From Rhodothermales bacterium (GTDB lineage: Bacteria > Bacteroidota > Rhodothermia > Rhodothermales > UBA10348), in assembly GCA_017643395.1 (NCBI GenBank), contig JAEPNP010000003.1:254769-318768 (forward strand): DNA of 64,000 nt, in the 5' to 3' direction. Below, piece by piece: positions 1 to 9,176 of this stretch; the stretch's first letter is position 1, and the number at the start of each line of letters is the position of its first letter. The notes under the pieces were generated by a model, which was not told where the DNA came from, did not search any database, and saw nothing but the letters and a program-made list of their open reading frames with translations. The position numbers and the translations under genes were made by a program.

Positions 1-1
1 G

Positions 2-616
2 CTTGTCGAGCTGATTCCACGCCTCCTCAACGCGACGTCAGGGCGGGTTCTTGTCGACGGACGCCCCGTGGACCAGTATCCGCTCGAGGTCTTGCGAACA
101 GCCATCGGCTACGTGCCGCAGGAAGTCTTTCTGTTCTCGGACACCGTGGCTGGCAACATTGCCTTCGGCCGCATGGACGCTTCGGAGGCACTGATTGACC
201 GGGCTTCCGAGGAGGCGGACCTGCTGGAGAACATCCGGCAGTTCCCCAAGGGCTTCGAGACGTTTGTCGGGGAGCGCGGCATCACGCTGTCGGGCGGTCA
301 GAAACAGCGCACGTCCATCGCCCGGGCCCTGGTGCGTGAACCCAGCATTCTGGTCATGGACGATGCGCTCTCTGCCGTGGACGTGCAGACTGAGCGTACC
401 ATTCTCGGCCACCTGCGCAAGCACTTCGGGCAGCGCACGATAGTGATCGTCAGTCACCGCATCTCGGCCGTGCAGGAGGCCGACCAGATTCTGGTTCTCG
501 ATGACGGTACGATCGCGGAAATGGGTACGCACGACGTGCTCATGGCCAGGGACGGTCTGTATGCCAACCTGTACCGCAAGCAGTTGCTGGAGGAAGAACT
601 GGCAGCGATGGCCTGA
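2..616 (+). CDS. ABC exporter subunit (permease/ATPase fusion), C-terminal NBD only; 5' end lies upstream of the window
   Basis: The frame is open from base 2: LVELIPRLLNATSGRVLVDGRPV precedes the first Met of track ORF 68..616. ABC signature LSGGQKQR, Walker B ILVMDDALSAVD, H-loop VSHR. Stop TGA 614..616 shares its A with the ATG of the next gene. Confidence 0.9.
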   Translation, partial: LVELIPRLLNATSGRVLVDGRPVDQYPLEVLRTAIGYVPQEVFLFSDTVAGNIAFGRMDASEALIDRASEEADLLENIRQFPKGFETFVGERGITLSGGQKQRTSIARALVREPSILVMDDALSAVDVQTERTILGHLRKHFGQRTIVIVSHRISAVQEADQILVLDDGTIAEMGTHDVLMARDGLYANLYRKQLLEEELAAMA

Positions 617-2403
617 TGGCAGAAGAAACCAAAAAAGAGGGCCTGGACCGCAAGCTGCTGCGGCGCATCATCCGTCTGCTGGTGCCCTACAAGTGGTGGG
701 TAACCATCGCTTTCGTGACGGTGATGACGGCCGCCTTTTTGGGGCCGCTCATTCCGAAGCTGGTGCAGGTCACCATTGACCAGTACATCGTGCCGGGTGA
801 TCTGGGCGGCATGAACCGCATGATCGGCCTGCTGGTGCTGGTCCTGATGGGGGAGGGCATCCTGTCTTTTGTAAACGCCTACCTCACCCAGTGGATTGGC
901 CAGCAGGCCATCTATGACCTGCGTACCCGCGTGCACCAGCACATCTTCCGGCAGCCACTTCGATTCTTCGACCGGCAGCCGCTGGGCAGGCTGATCACCC
1001 GGGTAACCAGCGACGTGGAGTCGCTCTCGACGGTGCTTTCGGCCGGCGTCGTGACCATCCTGGGCGACACCTTCCGCATCATCTTCATCGCCTGGTTCAT
1101 GTTCTCCCTGAACTGGGTGTTGGCGGTGGTGACGCTGGCCGTGGTGCCGATCATGCTGTACGCCACCTTCTGGTTCAAACGCAAGGTCCGGGACGCCTAC
1201 CGGGACACGCGCAAACAGGTAGCGCGACTTAACTCCTTCCTGCAGGAGCACATCACCGGCATGCGCATCGTTCAGATGTTCTCCCGGGAAGAGGAGGAGT
1301 ACCGGCGGTTCACCGACATCAACGACGACCATCGCGCCGCCCACATCAAGACCATCTTCTACTTCGCACTCTTCTGGCCGGCCATCGACATCATCGCGTC
1401 CTCCGCCCTGGGCCTGGTGATCTGGTTCGGCGGGCTGTCGGCGATGGGGGGCACGCTCACCCTGGGCGTGCTGATTGCCTTCATCCAGTACGCGCGGCGA
1501 TTCTTTGAGCCCATCCGCAACCTGTCGGACCAGTTCAACACGCTGCAGAGTGCGATGGCGGGGGCAGAGCGCATCTTCGGGCTGCTGGACCAGGACGACG
1601 CGCTACCTGAGAAAGAGGACCCAAAACCCCTCAGGGAAACGCGTGGCGAAATCGAGTTCCGCAACGTGTGGTTCGCGTACGTGGACGGGGAGGACGGCAA
1701 GCCGGACTGGATCCTGCGGGATGTCTCCTTCAAGGCTTCCACGGGCGATGTGGTCGCGATCGTAGGGGCCACCGGTGCCGGGAAGACCACCATCATCAGT
1801 CTCCTGCTGCGCTTCTACGACATACAGAAGGGCCAGATACTGGTCGATGGAGTCGACATCCGGGACTACCGGCTGGCGGATCTGCGGGACCGTATCGGCC
1901 TCGTACTGCAGGACGTCTTCCTGTTCTCCGGCTCGGTGGAGAAGAACATTTCCCTGGAGAATCCGGAGATAGACCGCGCCCGAGTCGAGGCAGCCGCCCG
2001 GGAGATCGGCGCCGACGCCTTCATCTCCAGGCTGCGGGACGGCTACGATCAGGATGTGAGGGAGCGCGGCATGTCGCTCTCGCACGGGCAGCGGCAGCTG
2101 CTGTCGTTTGCTCGGGCGCTGGCGTTCGATCCCAAGGTGCTGGTGCTGGATGAGGCGACTTCCAGCGTGGATACCGAGACGGAGCACATCGTACAGAGTG
2201 CCCTGGAGCGGCTCATGAAGGGGCGCACGTCCATTGTGATTGCGCACCGGCTGTCCACCATCCAGCATGCGGACCAGATTCTGGTGATGCATCGCGGCGT
2301 GATCCGGGAGAGCGGCACGCATCAGGAGCTGCTTGCTGCCGATGGGCTCTACCGGCGTCTGTACGAACTGCAGTACAAGGACCAGGAGGCCAGCGCGGCG
2401 TAG
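616..2403 (+). CDS. ABC exporter subunit (6-TM permease + ATPase), MdlB/ABCB-like; probable heterodimer partner of the upstream gene
   Basis: 595 aa. N-terminal TM domain, Walker A GATGAGKTT, signature LSHGQRQL, Walker B VLVLDEATSSVD, H-loop IAHRLST. Confidence 0.93.
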   Translation: MAEETKKEGLDRKLLRRIIRLLVPYKWWVTIAFVTVMTAAFLGPLIPKLVQVTIDQYIVPGDLGGMNRMIGLLVLVLMGEGILSFVNAYLTQWIGQQAIYDLRTRVHQHIFRQPLRFFDRQPLGRLITRVTSDVESLSTVLSAGVVTILGDTFRIIFIAWFMFSLNWVLAVVTLAVVPIMLYATFWFKRKVRDAYRDTRKQVARLNSFLQEHITGMRIVQMFSREEEEYRRFTDINDDHRAAHIKTIFYFALFWPAIDIIASSALGLVIWFGGLSAMGGTLTLGVLIAFIQYARRFFEPIRNLSDQFNTLQSAMAGAERIFGLLDQDDALPEKEDPKPLRETRGEIEFRNVWFAYVDGEDGKPDWILRDVSFKASTGDVVAIVGATGAGKTTIISLLLRFYDIQKGQILVDGVDIRDYRLADLRDRIGLVLQDVFLFSGSVEKNISLENPEIDRARVEAAAREIGADAFISRLRDGYDQDVRERGMSLSHGQRQLLSFARALAFDPKVLVLDEATSSVDTETEHIVQSALERLMKGRTSIVIAHRLSTIQHADQILVMHRGVIRESGTHQELLAADGLYRRLYELQYKDQEASAA

Positions 2404-2448
2404 CTACAAGGACTTTTTTCCCGACCGAGTGCAACTGACGGGTCTTTA

Positions 2449-2464
2449 ATCGTATAATTACGAT
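2449..2464. promoter_or_regulatory. 6-4-6 palindrome ATCGTA-TAAT-TACGAT, candidate ArsR operator overlapping a TATAAT-like box
   Basis: Read directly as atcgtataattacgat, ending 17 nt upstream of the ArsR-family ATG at 2481. tataat lies at 2453..2458. Confidence 0.4.
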
Positions 2465-2480
2465 ATACAATCAAACAGCC

Positions 2481-2810
2481 ATGGCAGGCAGCAAACTGAC
2501 CGCATTTACCGCAGCGCAACAGGACGTCGCACGATGGGCGAAGGCCCTCGGGCATCCCGCGCGTGTGGCCATTCTGGAAACGCTGGCGCGACGCGGTGCC
2601 TGCATCTGCGGGGAGATCGTTGACGAACTCCCTCTGGCGCAGGCTACGGTATCGCAGCATCTGAAGGCGCTGAAAGAAGCCGGGTTGGTGGAGGGCACGA
2701 TTGACGGGCCCCGATCCTGCTACTGCATCAACAAGGAGGCCTACGCACGCATGGCGGAGTACCTGCGGCAGTGGATCTACGAGCAGGGATGCGCCTGTGG
2801 CTGTTGTTGA
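2481..2810 (+). CDS. ArsR/SmtB-family metalloregulator
   Basis: 109 aa. Winged-helix core [48 protein letters not shown] with a CxC metal site. Unusual Cys-rich C-terminus GCACGCC. Confidence 0.9.
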   Translation: MAGSKLTAFTAAQQDVARWAKALGHPARVAILETLARRGACICGEIVDELPLAQATVSQHLKALKEAGLVEGTIDGPRSCYCINKEAYARMAEYLRQWIYEQGCACGCC

Positions 2811-2832
2811 TCACCAAACCAAGAGGACAACC

Positions 2833-2910
2833 ATGACCTACGAAATCGTGCTCACGCGCCCCGAGAACAACGACGGAGGCTGCTGCGGCGGCGATTGCTG
2901 CGGCGACTGA
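2833..2910 (+). CDS. 25-aa Cys-rich micro-ORF (MTYEIVLTRPENNDGGCCGGDCCGD), possible metal-binding peptide
   Basis: ATG 2833 is preceded by AAGAGGA (2821..2827, 5-nt spacer). There are 4 Cys in the last 9 residues. The stop is followed 20 nt later by a strong intrinsic terminator. It lies inside track ORF 2701..2910 but only this 3' part has a start context. Confidence 0.45.
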   Translation: MTYEIVLTRPENNDGGCCGGDCCGD

Positions 2911-2929
2911 TCCCGCTCTCTCAAGAGAA

Positions 2930-2959
2930 GGGGAGTCGCTCAAGCGGCTCCCCTTTTTT
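2930..2959 (+). terminator. Rho-independent terminator ending the arsR/micro-ORF unit
   Basis: ggggagtcgc-tcaa-gcggctcccc forms a 10-bp stem with one G.U and a 4-nt loop, followed by tttttt (2954..2959). It sits between convergent genes. Confidence 0.7.
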
Positions 2960-2968
2960 CATGGCCCA

Positions 2969-3778
2969 TCAGTAGAGCCACATGTCGAACGTGCGGCGGT
3001 GTGAGCGTGTAACGGCGTGATCCGGGCCGAGCACGGTGAAGAGCGCCACGCCGGTCTTGCGGGCAAAGTCGTCGTGGTAGTAGCGGTCCGCCTGGAGCAG
3101 AGCGAGCAATTCGAGCACCGCCGTCTCGTAGTCCTGCTGCGCGAGGGACGTGATGGCGGTCGCGGCGTGATTTCGGCCGGTCCCACCGGGGAGTGATTCC
3201 GGTCCAGACTGCATGACGTCTGCCAGGACCCGCACGGATTCACTGACCTGCACATGGCGCGGCTCGCCGGACATGCCGGTGTCCGCCAGTTCGCGCGCCC
3301 GAATCGGGTCCTCAAAGACAAGAATGCCAGATAGAAGTGCGCTGGCGGCCGGGCTGCTGGGCTCCTCGGTGAGGGCCGTCTCGAGCGCCGTGCGCGCAGC
3401 GAGTCCATCGCCCGTAACCAGCGCCTGCTCAGCCTGCTCGACCAGGTTGGAGGAGGCGGACGGCAGTGCTTTCTCCAGCCATTGCTTCACCGCGTACGCT
3501 GGAAGGGCTCCGGTGAACTCGTCTACCACCTGGCCATCCACGAAAAGTTTAACCGCCGGGATGCCGCGAATGCCGAACTGCGCGGAGATCTGCGGGTTGG
3601 CATCCGTGTTGACTTTGGCGAGTTTCCAGGCTCCGTCCGCCTCGGCGTCCAGCTTCTCCAGCACGGGCCCAAGCGTACGGCACGGGCCACACCAGGGCGC
3701 CCAGAAATCTACCAGGATGGGCGTGGTGTGGCTGGCCTCAAGGACCTCCGTATTGAAGTCAGTTACGTCGTGGCTCAT
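2969..3778 (-). CDS. Thioredoxin with C-terminal TPR-like domain (YbbN/CnoX architecture, active CGPC retained)
   Basis: 269 aa. WAPWCGPC active site lies in the first ~105 aa, followed by a ~160-aa helical domain. Confidence 0.88.
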   Translation of the reverse strand: MSHDVTDFNTEVLEASHTTPILVDFWAPWCGPCRTLGPVLEKLDAEADGAWKLAKVNTDANPQISAQFGIRGIPAVKLFVDGQVVDEFTGALPAYAVKQWLEKALPSASSNLVEQAEQALVTGDGLAARTALETALTEEPSSPAASALLSGILVFEDPIRARELADTGMSGEPRHVQVSESVRVLADVMQSGPESLPGGTGRNHAATAITSLAQQDYETAVLELLALLQADRYYHDDFARKTGVALFTVLGPDHAVTRSHRRTFDMWLY

Positions 3779-3850
3779 CGTTCTTCACTGCGGATAAACA
3801 GGGCGTCGGCGTAGTTTTTTGGTCCCCCGAAATCAAAGATTCCGACGCGC

Positions 3851-4996
3851 ATGCGTACCAGCGCTCCCATTTCCGGGTTCGCCCTGATCGTGATTTTCAC
3901 CGCGGCACTGAGCGGCTGTGCACCGGTCGGCGATGGCGACTACGAGCCGGCAGCCGACAGCCTTCGATTCGCCGGCGAGGAGCATCTGCGCAACATCCGT
4001 CAGCTGACGTTCGGCGGCAACAATGCCGAGGCCTACTGGAGCCCGGACGGCGAGCAGTTGGTGTTTCAGTCAGAGTGGTCAGCGCTGACGCAGCAGGGCT
4101 GTGATCAGATCTTCGTGATGAATGCCGACGGTACGCCGCGGGACAGTGGCAACATGTACGATCTGGTGTCGACCGACACAGGGCGTACCACATGCTCGTA
4201 TTTCATGCCGGATGGCCGGGTGGTGTTTGCGTCCACGCATGGTGCCAGTGCCGAGTGCCCGATTGCACCCATGTTTGGGCAGGGGCGCTACGTGTGGCCT
4301 GTATTTCCGGAGTACGATATCTACGTGGCGGATGCGGACGGCCAGAATGTGGAGCTCCTGATCGGCGGCCCCGGATACGACGCGGAGGCGACCGTCTCGC
4401 CCGATGGACAGTACATCATCTTCACGTCCACCCGAACCGGAGACCTGGAGTTGTGGCGGTACGAAATCGCGACCGGGGACCTGTTGCAGCTGACCGATGA
4501 ACTCGGCTACGATGGCGGGGCTTTCTTCTCGCCGGACTCGCAGATGATCGTGTGGCGTGCGGACCGACCGGAAGGCGAGCGCGCCGAGGTCTACCAGAAT
4601 CTCCTGCAGGATGACCTGGTGGAGCCGAGCGAGCTCAACATCTTTGTGGCCAACATCGACGGGTCGAACCCGCGCCAGGTGACGAATCTTCCGGGAGCGA
4701 ACTGGGCCCCGTTCTTCCATCCCTCGGGAGAAAAGGTCCTGTTTTCGACCAACCACCACGTGGACGGCGGGCGCATCTTTGACATCTTCATGGTGAACCT
4801 GGACGGCACGGACATGAAGCAGCTGACGCATTCGGGCACGTTTGACGCGTTTCCCATGTTCTCACCGGACGGCACGAAGCTGGTCTTTTCTTCAAACCGG
4901 AACGGGGCGCGCGAGCCGAGCTCGGATACGAACGTGTTCGTCGCCGACTGGGTGGAAGAGCCGGGCGAGGCGGACCGCACGTTCGGTACCGACTGA
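3851..4996 (+). CDS. TolB-like (PD40 / WD40-like) beta-propeller lipoprotein
   Basis: Signal peptide with lipobox LSGC. Repeated blades: WSPDGEQLVFQSE, VSPDGQYIIFTSTRTGDLELW, FFSPDSQMIVW, FFHPSGEKVLFSTNH, MFSPDGTKLVFSSNRNG. Confidence 0.85.
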   Translation: MRTSAPISGFALIVIFTAALSGCAPVGDGDYEPAADSLRFAGEEHLRNIRQLTFGGNNAEAYWSPDGEQLVFQSEWSALTQQGCDQIFVMNADGTPRDSGNMYDLVSTDTGRTTCSYFMPDGRVVFASTHGASAECPIAPMFGQGRYVWPVFPEYDIYVADADGQNVELLIGGPGYDAEATVSPDGQYIIFTSTRTGDLELWRYEIATGDLLQLTDELGYDGGAFFSPDSQMIVWRADRPEGERAEVYQNLLQDDLVEPSELNIFVANIDGSNPRQVTNLPGANWAPFFHPSGEKVLFSTNHHVDGGRIFDIFMVNLDGTDMKQLTHSGTFDAFPMFSPDGTKLVFSSNRNGAREPSSDTNVFVADWVEEPGEADRTFGTD

Positions 4997-5080
4997 GCGG
5001 GTCCCGAACCAGGCTAGCCGCGGCGCAGCTCCGGATCGCCGGAACGCGGCGGGGGATCCACGGCACCCACAAATGTGTTA

Positions 5081-5100
5081 TTTTTAGCCAAGGCTAAAAA
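5081..5100. promoter_or_regulatory. Perfect 9-2-9 palindrome TTTTTAGCC-AA-GGCTAAAAA, candidate metalloregulator operator of the metal-uptake operon
   Basis: Read directly. It ends 13 nt upstream of the preferred ATG (5114) of the substrate-binding protein. A half-site-like gctaaaaa recurs at 5116..5123. The TAGCC..GGCTA core is reminiscent of DtxR-family boxes. Confidence 0.5.
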
Positions 5101-5113
5101 TGACTTGTGGTCT

Positions 5114-6055
5114 ATGCTAAAAAATGTCGTGGGGCTGTTGGGCCTCGTGATGCTCGCAGGCGGTTGCGAACCCGATTCTGCCCGCGATGTCGATCTGTCC
5201 CAGCGCACGATCCGCGTGGTGGCAACCACCTCGATGATCGCGGAGATGATTCGCGAGATCGGCGGGGATCGGGTTGAGGTCTCCGGACTCATGGGGCCGG
5301 GGGTCGATCCACATCTCTACAAGGCCAGCGAAGGGGATGTGGCCCGCATGGCCCAGGCAGATGTGGTGTTCTACAACGGCCTGCATCTGGAGGGCAAGAT
5401 GGCTGAGATCTTCGAGCAGATGGGCACGCTCGGAGTGTATACGTTCGAGGTGGCGGCTGCCGTGCCGGAGGATTCCCTGCTCGAGTCGGACTACTTCACC
5501 GGCAATTATGACCCGCACATCTGGTTCGACGCCGGCTTGTGGCGACTCGCGGCCTCCAGCGCAGCCGATTACCTGACCGCGCTGGACTCCACTTCCGCCT
5601 CCGCGTATCGAGAGCGAGCCGAGGCCTATGCGGCATCTGTGGAGGATGCACACGCATACGTCCGGTCCCGGGTGTCTGAGCTGGATCCAACGCAGCGCTA
5701 TCTGGTCACCTCGCACGACGCGTTCGGCTATTTCGGCAGGGCGTACGGCTTTGAAGTGAAGGGTCTGCAGGGCCTGTCCACCGCCACGGAGGCCGGCACG
5801 GCGGATGTCCAGGAGTTGGCTGACTATGTGGCTGAGCGCCGCATCCCGGCACTGTTCATAGAGTCCTCGGTGTCTCCTCGCGGCATTGAGGCAGTCCAGG
5901 CCGCCGTGCGCGCTCGCGGGTTCGAGGTACGCATTGGGGGCACGCTCTACGGGGACGCGCTGGGGCCGGTCGGTACCAGCGCCGATACTTACGTGGGTAT
6001 GGTGCGGTCAAATATCGATACCATCGTGAACGGCCTCCTCGGTCAGGCGCCATGA
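5114..6055 (+). CDS. Metal (Mn/Zn/Fe) ABC transporter substrate-binding lipoprotein, cluster A-I TroA/ZnuA/MntC type
   Basis: Starting at ATG 5114 (in frame with track ORF 5075) gives lipoprotein signal [20 protein letters not shown]. Family motifs: [24 protein letters not shown]. Confidence 0.9.
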   Translation: MLKNVVGLLGLVMLAGGCEPDSARDVDLSQRTIRVVATTSMIAEMIREIGGDRVEVSGLMGPGVDPHLYKASEGDVARMAQADVVFYNGLHLEGKMAEIFEQMGTLGVYTFEVAAAVPEDSLLESDYFTGNYDPHIWFDAGLWRLAASSAADYLTALDSTSASAYRERAEAYAASVEDAHAYVRSRVSELDPTQRYLVTSHDAFGYFGRAYGFEVKGLQGLSTATEAGTADVQELADYVAERRIPALFIESSVSPRGIEAVQAAVRARGFEVRIGGTLYGDALGPVGTSADTYVGMVRSNIDTIVNGLLGQAP

Positions 6056-6786
6056 ACCACGCGGTCGACGTCCGGGACCTGACGGTAGCCTACCGGGAGC
6101 GGCCGGTACTCTGGGACATCGACATGGAAGTCCCGGAGGGCGTGCTGACGGCCATCGTCGGGCCGAACGGTGCCGGGAAGACGACGCTCATCAAGGCCAT
6201 TCTGGGCCTGGTCAAGCCGGCCGCTGGCGACGTGCTGGTCTACGGCAAGCCCTACAGGCGGCAGCAAAGTCGCGTGGGGTATGTGCCGCAGCGTGGTTCC
6301 GTGGATTGGGACTTCCCGACAAACGTGCTGGATGTCGTCACGATGGGGCTTTATGGGCGGATCGGCTGGATTCGCAGGCCGGGACGCAACGAACGCGCTC
6401 TGGCCCTGCAGGCACTTGAGAAGGTCTCGATGGCGGACTACGCGGACCGGCAGATCAGTCAGCTCTCGGGCGGACAGCAGCAGCGGGTGTTCCTGGCACG
6501 AGCGCTGGTGCAGGACGCCGATGTCTACTTCATGGATGAACCCTTCCAGGGCGTGGACGCCACGACTGAGCGTGCCATAATGGCGCTGCTCCGGGATTTG
6601 CGCTCCAACGGCAAGACCGTGGTAGTGGTGCACCATGATTTGCAGACCGTGCCGGAGTACTTCGACGAGGTGATGCTGCTCAATGTGCGGCGAATCGCAC
6701 TCGGTCCCGTGGACGAGGCCTTCACCGAGGAAAACCTGCGCCGTACCTACGGCGGCCGTGTGGGCTTCATGACGGCTCGCCGCTGA
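6052..6786 (+). CDS. Metal ABC transporter ATP-binding protein (TroB/ZnuC/MntB type)
   Basis: Walker [10 protein letters not shown], signature LSGGQQQR, Walker [14 protein letters not shown]-loop VHHDL. Its start overlaps the upstream stop by 4 nt. Confidence 0.93.
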   Translation: MNHAVDVRDLTVAYRERPVLWDIDMEVPEGVLTAIVGPNGAGKTTLIKAILGLVKPAAGDVLVYGKPYRRQQSRVGYVPQRGSVDWDFPTNVLDVVTMGLYGRIGWIRRPGRNERALALQALEKVSMADYADRQISQLSGGQQQRVFLARALVQDADVYFMDEPFQGVDATTERAIMALLRDLRSNGKTVVVVHHDLQTVPEYFDEVMLLNVRRIALGPVDEAFTEENLRRTYGGRVGFMTARR

Positions 6787-7913
6787 TGCTGGAGCTGTTC
6801 TCCGACTACACGTTGCGCGTGGTGGCTCTGGGGGCGGCTGTGTTGGGCATGTCCAGTGGCGCGCTCGGCACGTATGCGGTCCTGCGGAGGCAGAGTCTCC
6901 TGGGAGACGCCATTTCCCACGCGGCGTTGCCGGGCATTGCGTTGGCTTTCATGCTGACCGGCAGCAAGGCGCCGTTGGTGCTTGTCCTCGGCGCGGCGCT
7001 GGCCGGATGGCTCGGCACGTTGGTCATAATGGGGGTGACCGAGACCTCGCGCATCAAATACGACAGTGCACTGGGCATGATGCTGTCCGTGTTCTTCGGA
7101 TTCGGGCTGGTCCTGCTGACGTTCCTACAGCGTCGGCCGGATGCCAATCAGGCCGGGCTCGACAGCTTCCTGTTCGGCCAGGCTGCGGCGCTGCAGGTGG
7201 CTGACGTGCTTACGATGGCCGGAATCGGAGGATTGGCGCTGGTTGTGGTCGTCCTGTTGTGGAAGGAGTTCAAGGTGTTGTCCTTCGATCCCGACTTCGG
7301 TCGAACCACCGGCCTGCCAATCCGGAAGCTGGATCTGGCGCTGACGGGGCTGCTTGTCATTTCGATCGTGATCGGGCTGCAGACCGTGGGGGTGGTCCTT
7401 ATGAGTGCAATGATCATTTCGCCCGCCGCTGCTGCCCGCCAGTGGACGGATCGACTGGGGCGCATGGTGCTGCTGTCCGCCGGATTCGGCGCTTTGGCCG
7501 GCGTGGTGGGAGCTGCCATCTCAAGTACCCAGGCCCGACTGCCGACCGGTCCCACCATTGTCGTCGCCGTCAGCGTGATCGTGGGCTTTTCGCTGTTTCT
7601 CGCTCCAAACCGCGGAATCGTCTGGGCACGCCTTCGGGCGTGGCAGGCAGGCCGTCGGCTACGCATGGACGCGGTTCTCATGGACCTGTATCTGCTGGCT
7701 ACACAGCACGAGAGCCATGAGCATCCGCATGACCGTCGTGTGCTGGATGCCATGAGTTTTCCGCGGGGTGCTACACGCCGCAACCTTCGCCTACTCAAGG
7801 AACGCGGCTATGTCCAGCGCATCGACGCCCGCCGTTGGGCCTTGACCGATACCGGAGCCGAGCGCGCGCGACGGCTGGAGACCGATCTGCCCGAGGGCTG
7901 GGTGCAGGGATGA
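6786..7913 (+). CDS. Metal ABC transporter permease (ABC-3/TroC type) fused to a C-terminal DtxR-N-like winged-helix domain
   Basis: 375 aa. Residues ~1-290 are a multi-TM ABC-3 permease. The ~80-aa tail has His-rich HESHEHPHD and ATRRNLRLLKERGYVQRIDARRWALTDTGAERARRL. This follows the pattern of the DtxR DNA-binding domain (..TVSQTVARMERDGLV....L.MTPTGR.LA). Confidence 0.85.
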   Translation: MLELFSDYTLRVVALGAAVLGMSSGALGTYAVLRRQSLLGDAISHAALPGIALAFMLTGSKAPLVLVLGAALAGWLGTLVIMGVTETSRIKYDSALGMMLSVFFGFGLVLLTFLQRRPDANQAGLDSFLFGQAAALQVADVLTMAGIGGLALVVVVLLWKEFKVLSFDPDFGRTTGLPIRKLDLALTGLLVISIVIGLQTVGVVLMSAMIISPAAAARQWTDRLGRMVLLSAGFGALAGVVGAAISSTQARLPTGPTIVVAVSVIVGFSLFLAPNRGIVWARLRAWQAGRRLRMDAVLMDLYLLATQHESHEHPHDRRVLDAMSFPRGATRRNLRLLKERGYVQRIDARRWALTDTGAERARRLETDLPEGWVQG

Positions 7914-9022
7914 TTCAGCCCCAGATCGAGATCCAGCTGATTGCCATGGTAGTGGCTGCTGCCTGCGCCATCCCGGGGGTGTTTCTCATCCTGCGCCAAA
8001 TGGCCATGATGAGTGACGCCATCAGTCATGCCATCCTGCCGGGTATTGTGATCGGGTTTCTGGTGACGGCCGATCTCGGCTCCCCGCTGCTGATTGCCGG
8101 TGCAGCTCTCACCGGCGTCCTGACGGTGGCCCTCGTGGAGCTGATCTCATCGACGCGCCTCATCAAGGAGGATGCGGCCATCGGGATCGTTTTTCCGGCG
8201 TTGTTCAGTGTCGGCGTGATTCTGATTGCCCGATTTGCGGGCGATGTGCATCTGGATGTCGATGCGGTTCTGCTGGGTGAACTGGCCTTTGCGCCGTTTG
8301 ACCGTATGGTGTGGGGCGGGACAGACGTCGGCCCACGATCGCTCTACATCATGGGCTCGATTCTGCTGGTGAATGTGCTGTTCGTGGCGCTCTTCTTCAA
8401 AGAGCTGAAGCTGGCCACATTTGATGCGGGACTGGCTGCGGCACTGGGTCTGATGCCCGGCCTGGTCCACTACCTGCTGATGGGGCTCGTCTCCGTGACG
8501 GCGGTCGGAGCGTTCGATGCGGTCGGGTCCATTCTGGTGGTTGCGCTGATGGTAGGCCCCCCATCGGCCGCCTACATGTTGACGGATCGACTCTCCGTCA
8601 TGCTGGTGTTCAGTGCAGGGCTGGGCGCCGTCAGTGCGATCGCGGGCTACTGGATGGCGCACTGGATGGATGCGTCCATCGGAGGGGCAATGGCTACCAT
8701 GGTTGGCGTCGTCTTTGGCCTGGCGTGGTTACTTGCGCCGGAGCGCGGTTGGCTGGCCAAACGTCGCCTGCGCGTTCGGCAACGGTGGCAATTCGCCACC
8801 AAGATGCTGACGGTACACCTGCTGTCACACGAGGGGCAACCGGATGCGGAACGCGAGTGCCGCGAGGATCACCTGACCGAGCACCTTCGGTGGAACAAGG
8901 CCTTCGCCGAGGAGGCTGTCCGAAATGCATTAACGCACGGACTGATCGAGCGTCAGGGGGCCCTCCTGGCGCTCACGGAAGCAGGGCGGGCGCATGCTGC
9001 CCGTGCGGTAGTGGAGATCTAG
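7910..9022 (+). CDS. Metal ABC transporter permease (ABC-3/TroD type) fused to a second C-terminal DtxR-N-like winged-helix domain
   Basis: Start moved to ATG 7910 (ATGA overlap with the upstream stop; in frame with track ORF 7835). The N-terminus is then MIQPQIEIQLIAMVV. The tail HLTEHLRWNKAFAEEAVRNALTHGLIERQGALLALTEAGRAHAARAV is wHTH-like. Confidence 0.85.
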   Translation: MIQPQIEIQLIAMVVAAACAIPGVFLILRQMAMMSDAISHAILPGIVIGFLVTADLGSPLLIAGAALTGVLTVALVELISSTRLIKEDAAIGIVFPALFSVGVILIARFAGDVHLDVDAVLLGELAFAPFDRMVWGGTDVGPRSLYIMGSILLVNVLFVALFFKELKLATFDAGLAAALGLMPGLVHYLLMGLVSVTAVGAFDAVGSILVVALMVGPPSAAYMLTDRLSVMLVFSAGLGAVSAIAGYWMAHWMDASIGGAMATMVGVVFGLAWLLAPERGWLAKRRLRVRQRWQFATKMLTVHLLSHEGQPDAERECREDHLTEHLRWNKAFAEEAVRNALTHGLIERQGALLALTEAGRAHAARAVVEI

Positions 9023-9176
9023 GGAGAGGCCCACAGGGGCGCGTGGCAATTCTGCAACGAAAAATTTCGGACGCGAATTGCGAAAAATCGGACGTACCCA
9101 CCTAATGAGCCGACTGTACCTCGCGGGTTTCCACCCAGGAGACAACCACCCCGCATTCAATTATCGCCCTCTAGCG

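Noticed and set aside
5075-5113. N-terminal extensions of track ORFs (5075, 7835, 9078, 12924, 21058, 24900, 31817, 36313, 48938, 58815, 61756)
   Set aside because: In each case a downstream in-frame start gives a proper signal peptide or family-typical N-terminus and removes overlap with the upstream gene. The extension is usually Arg/Pro/Gly-rich.
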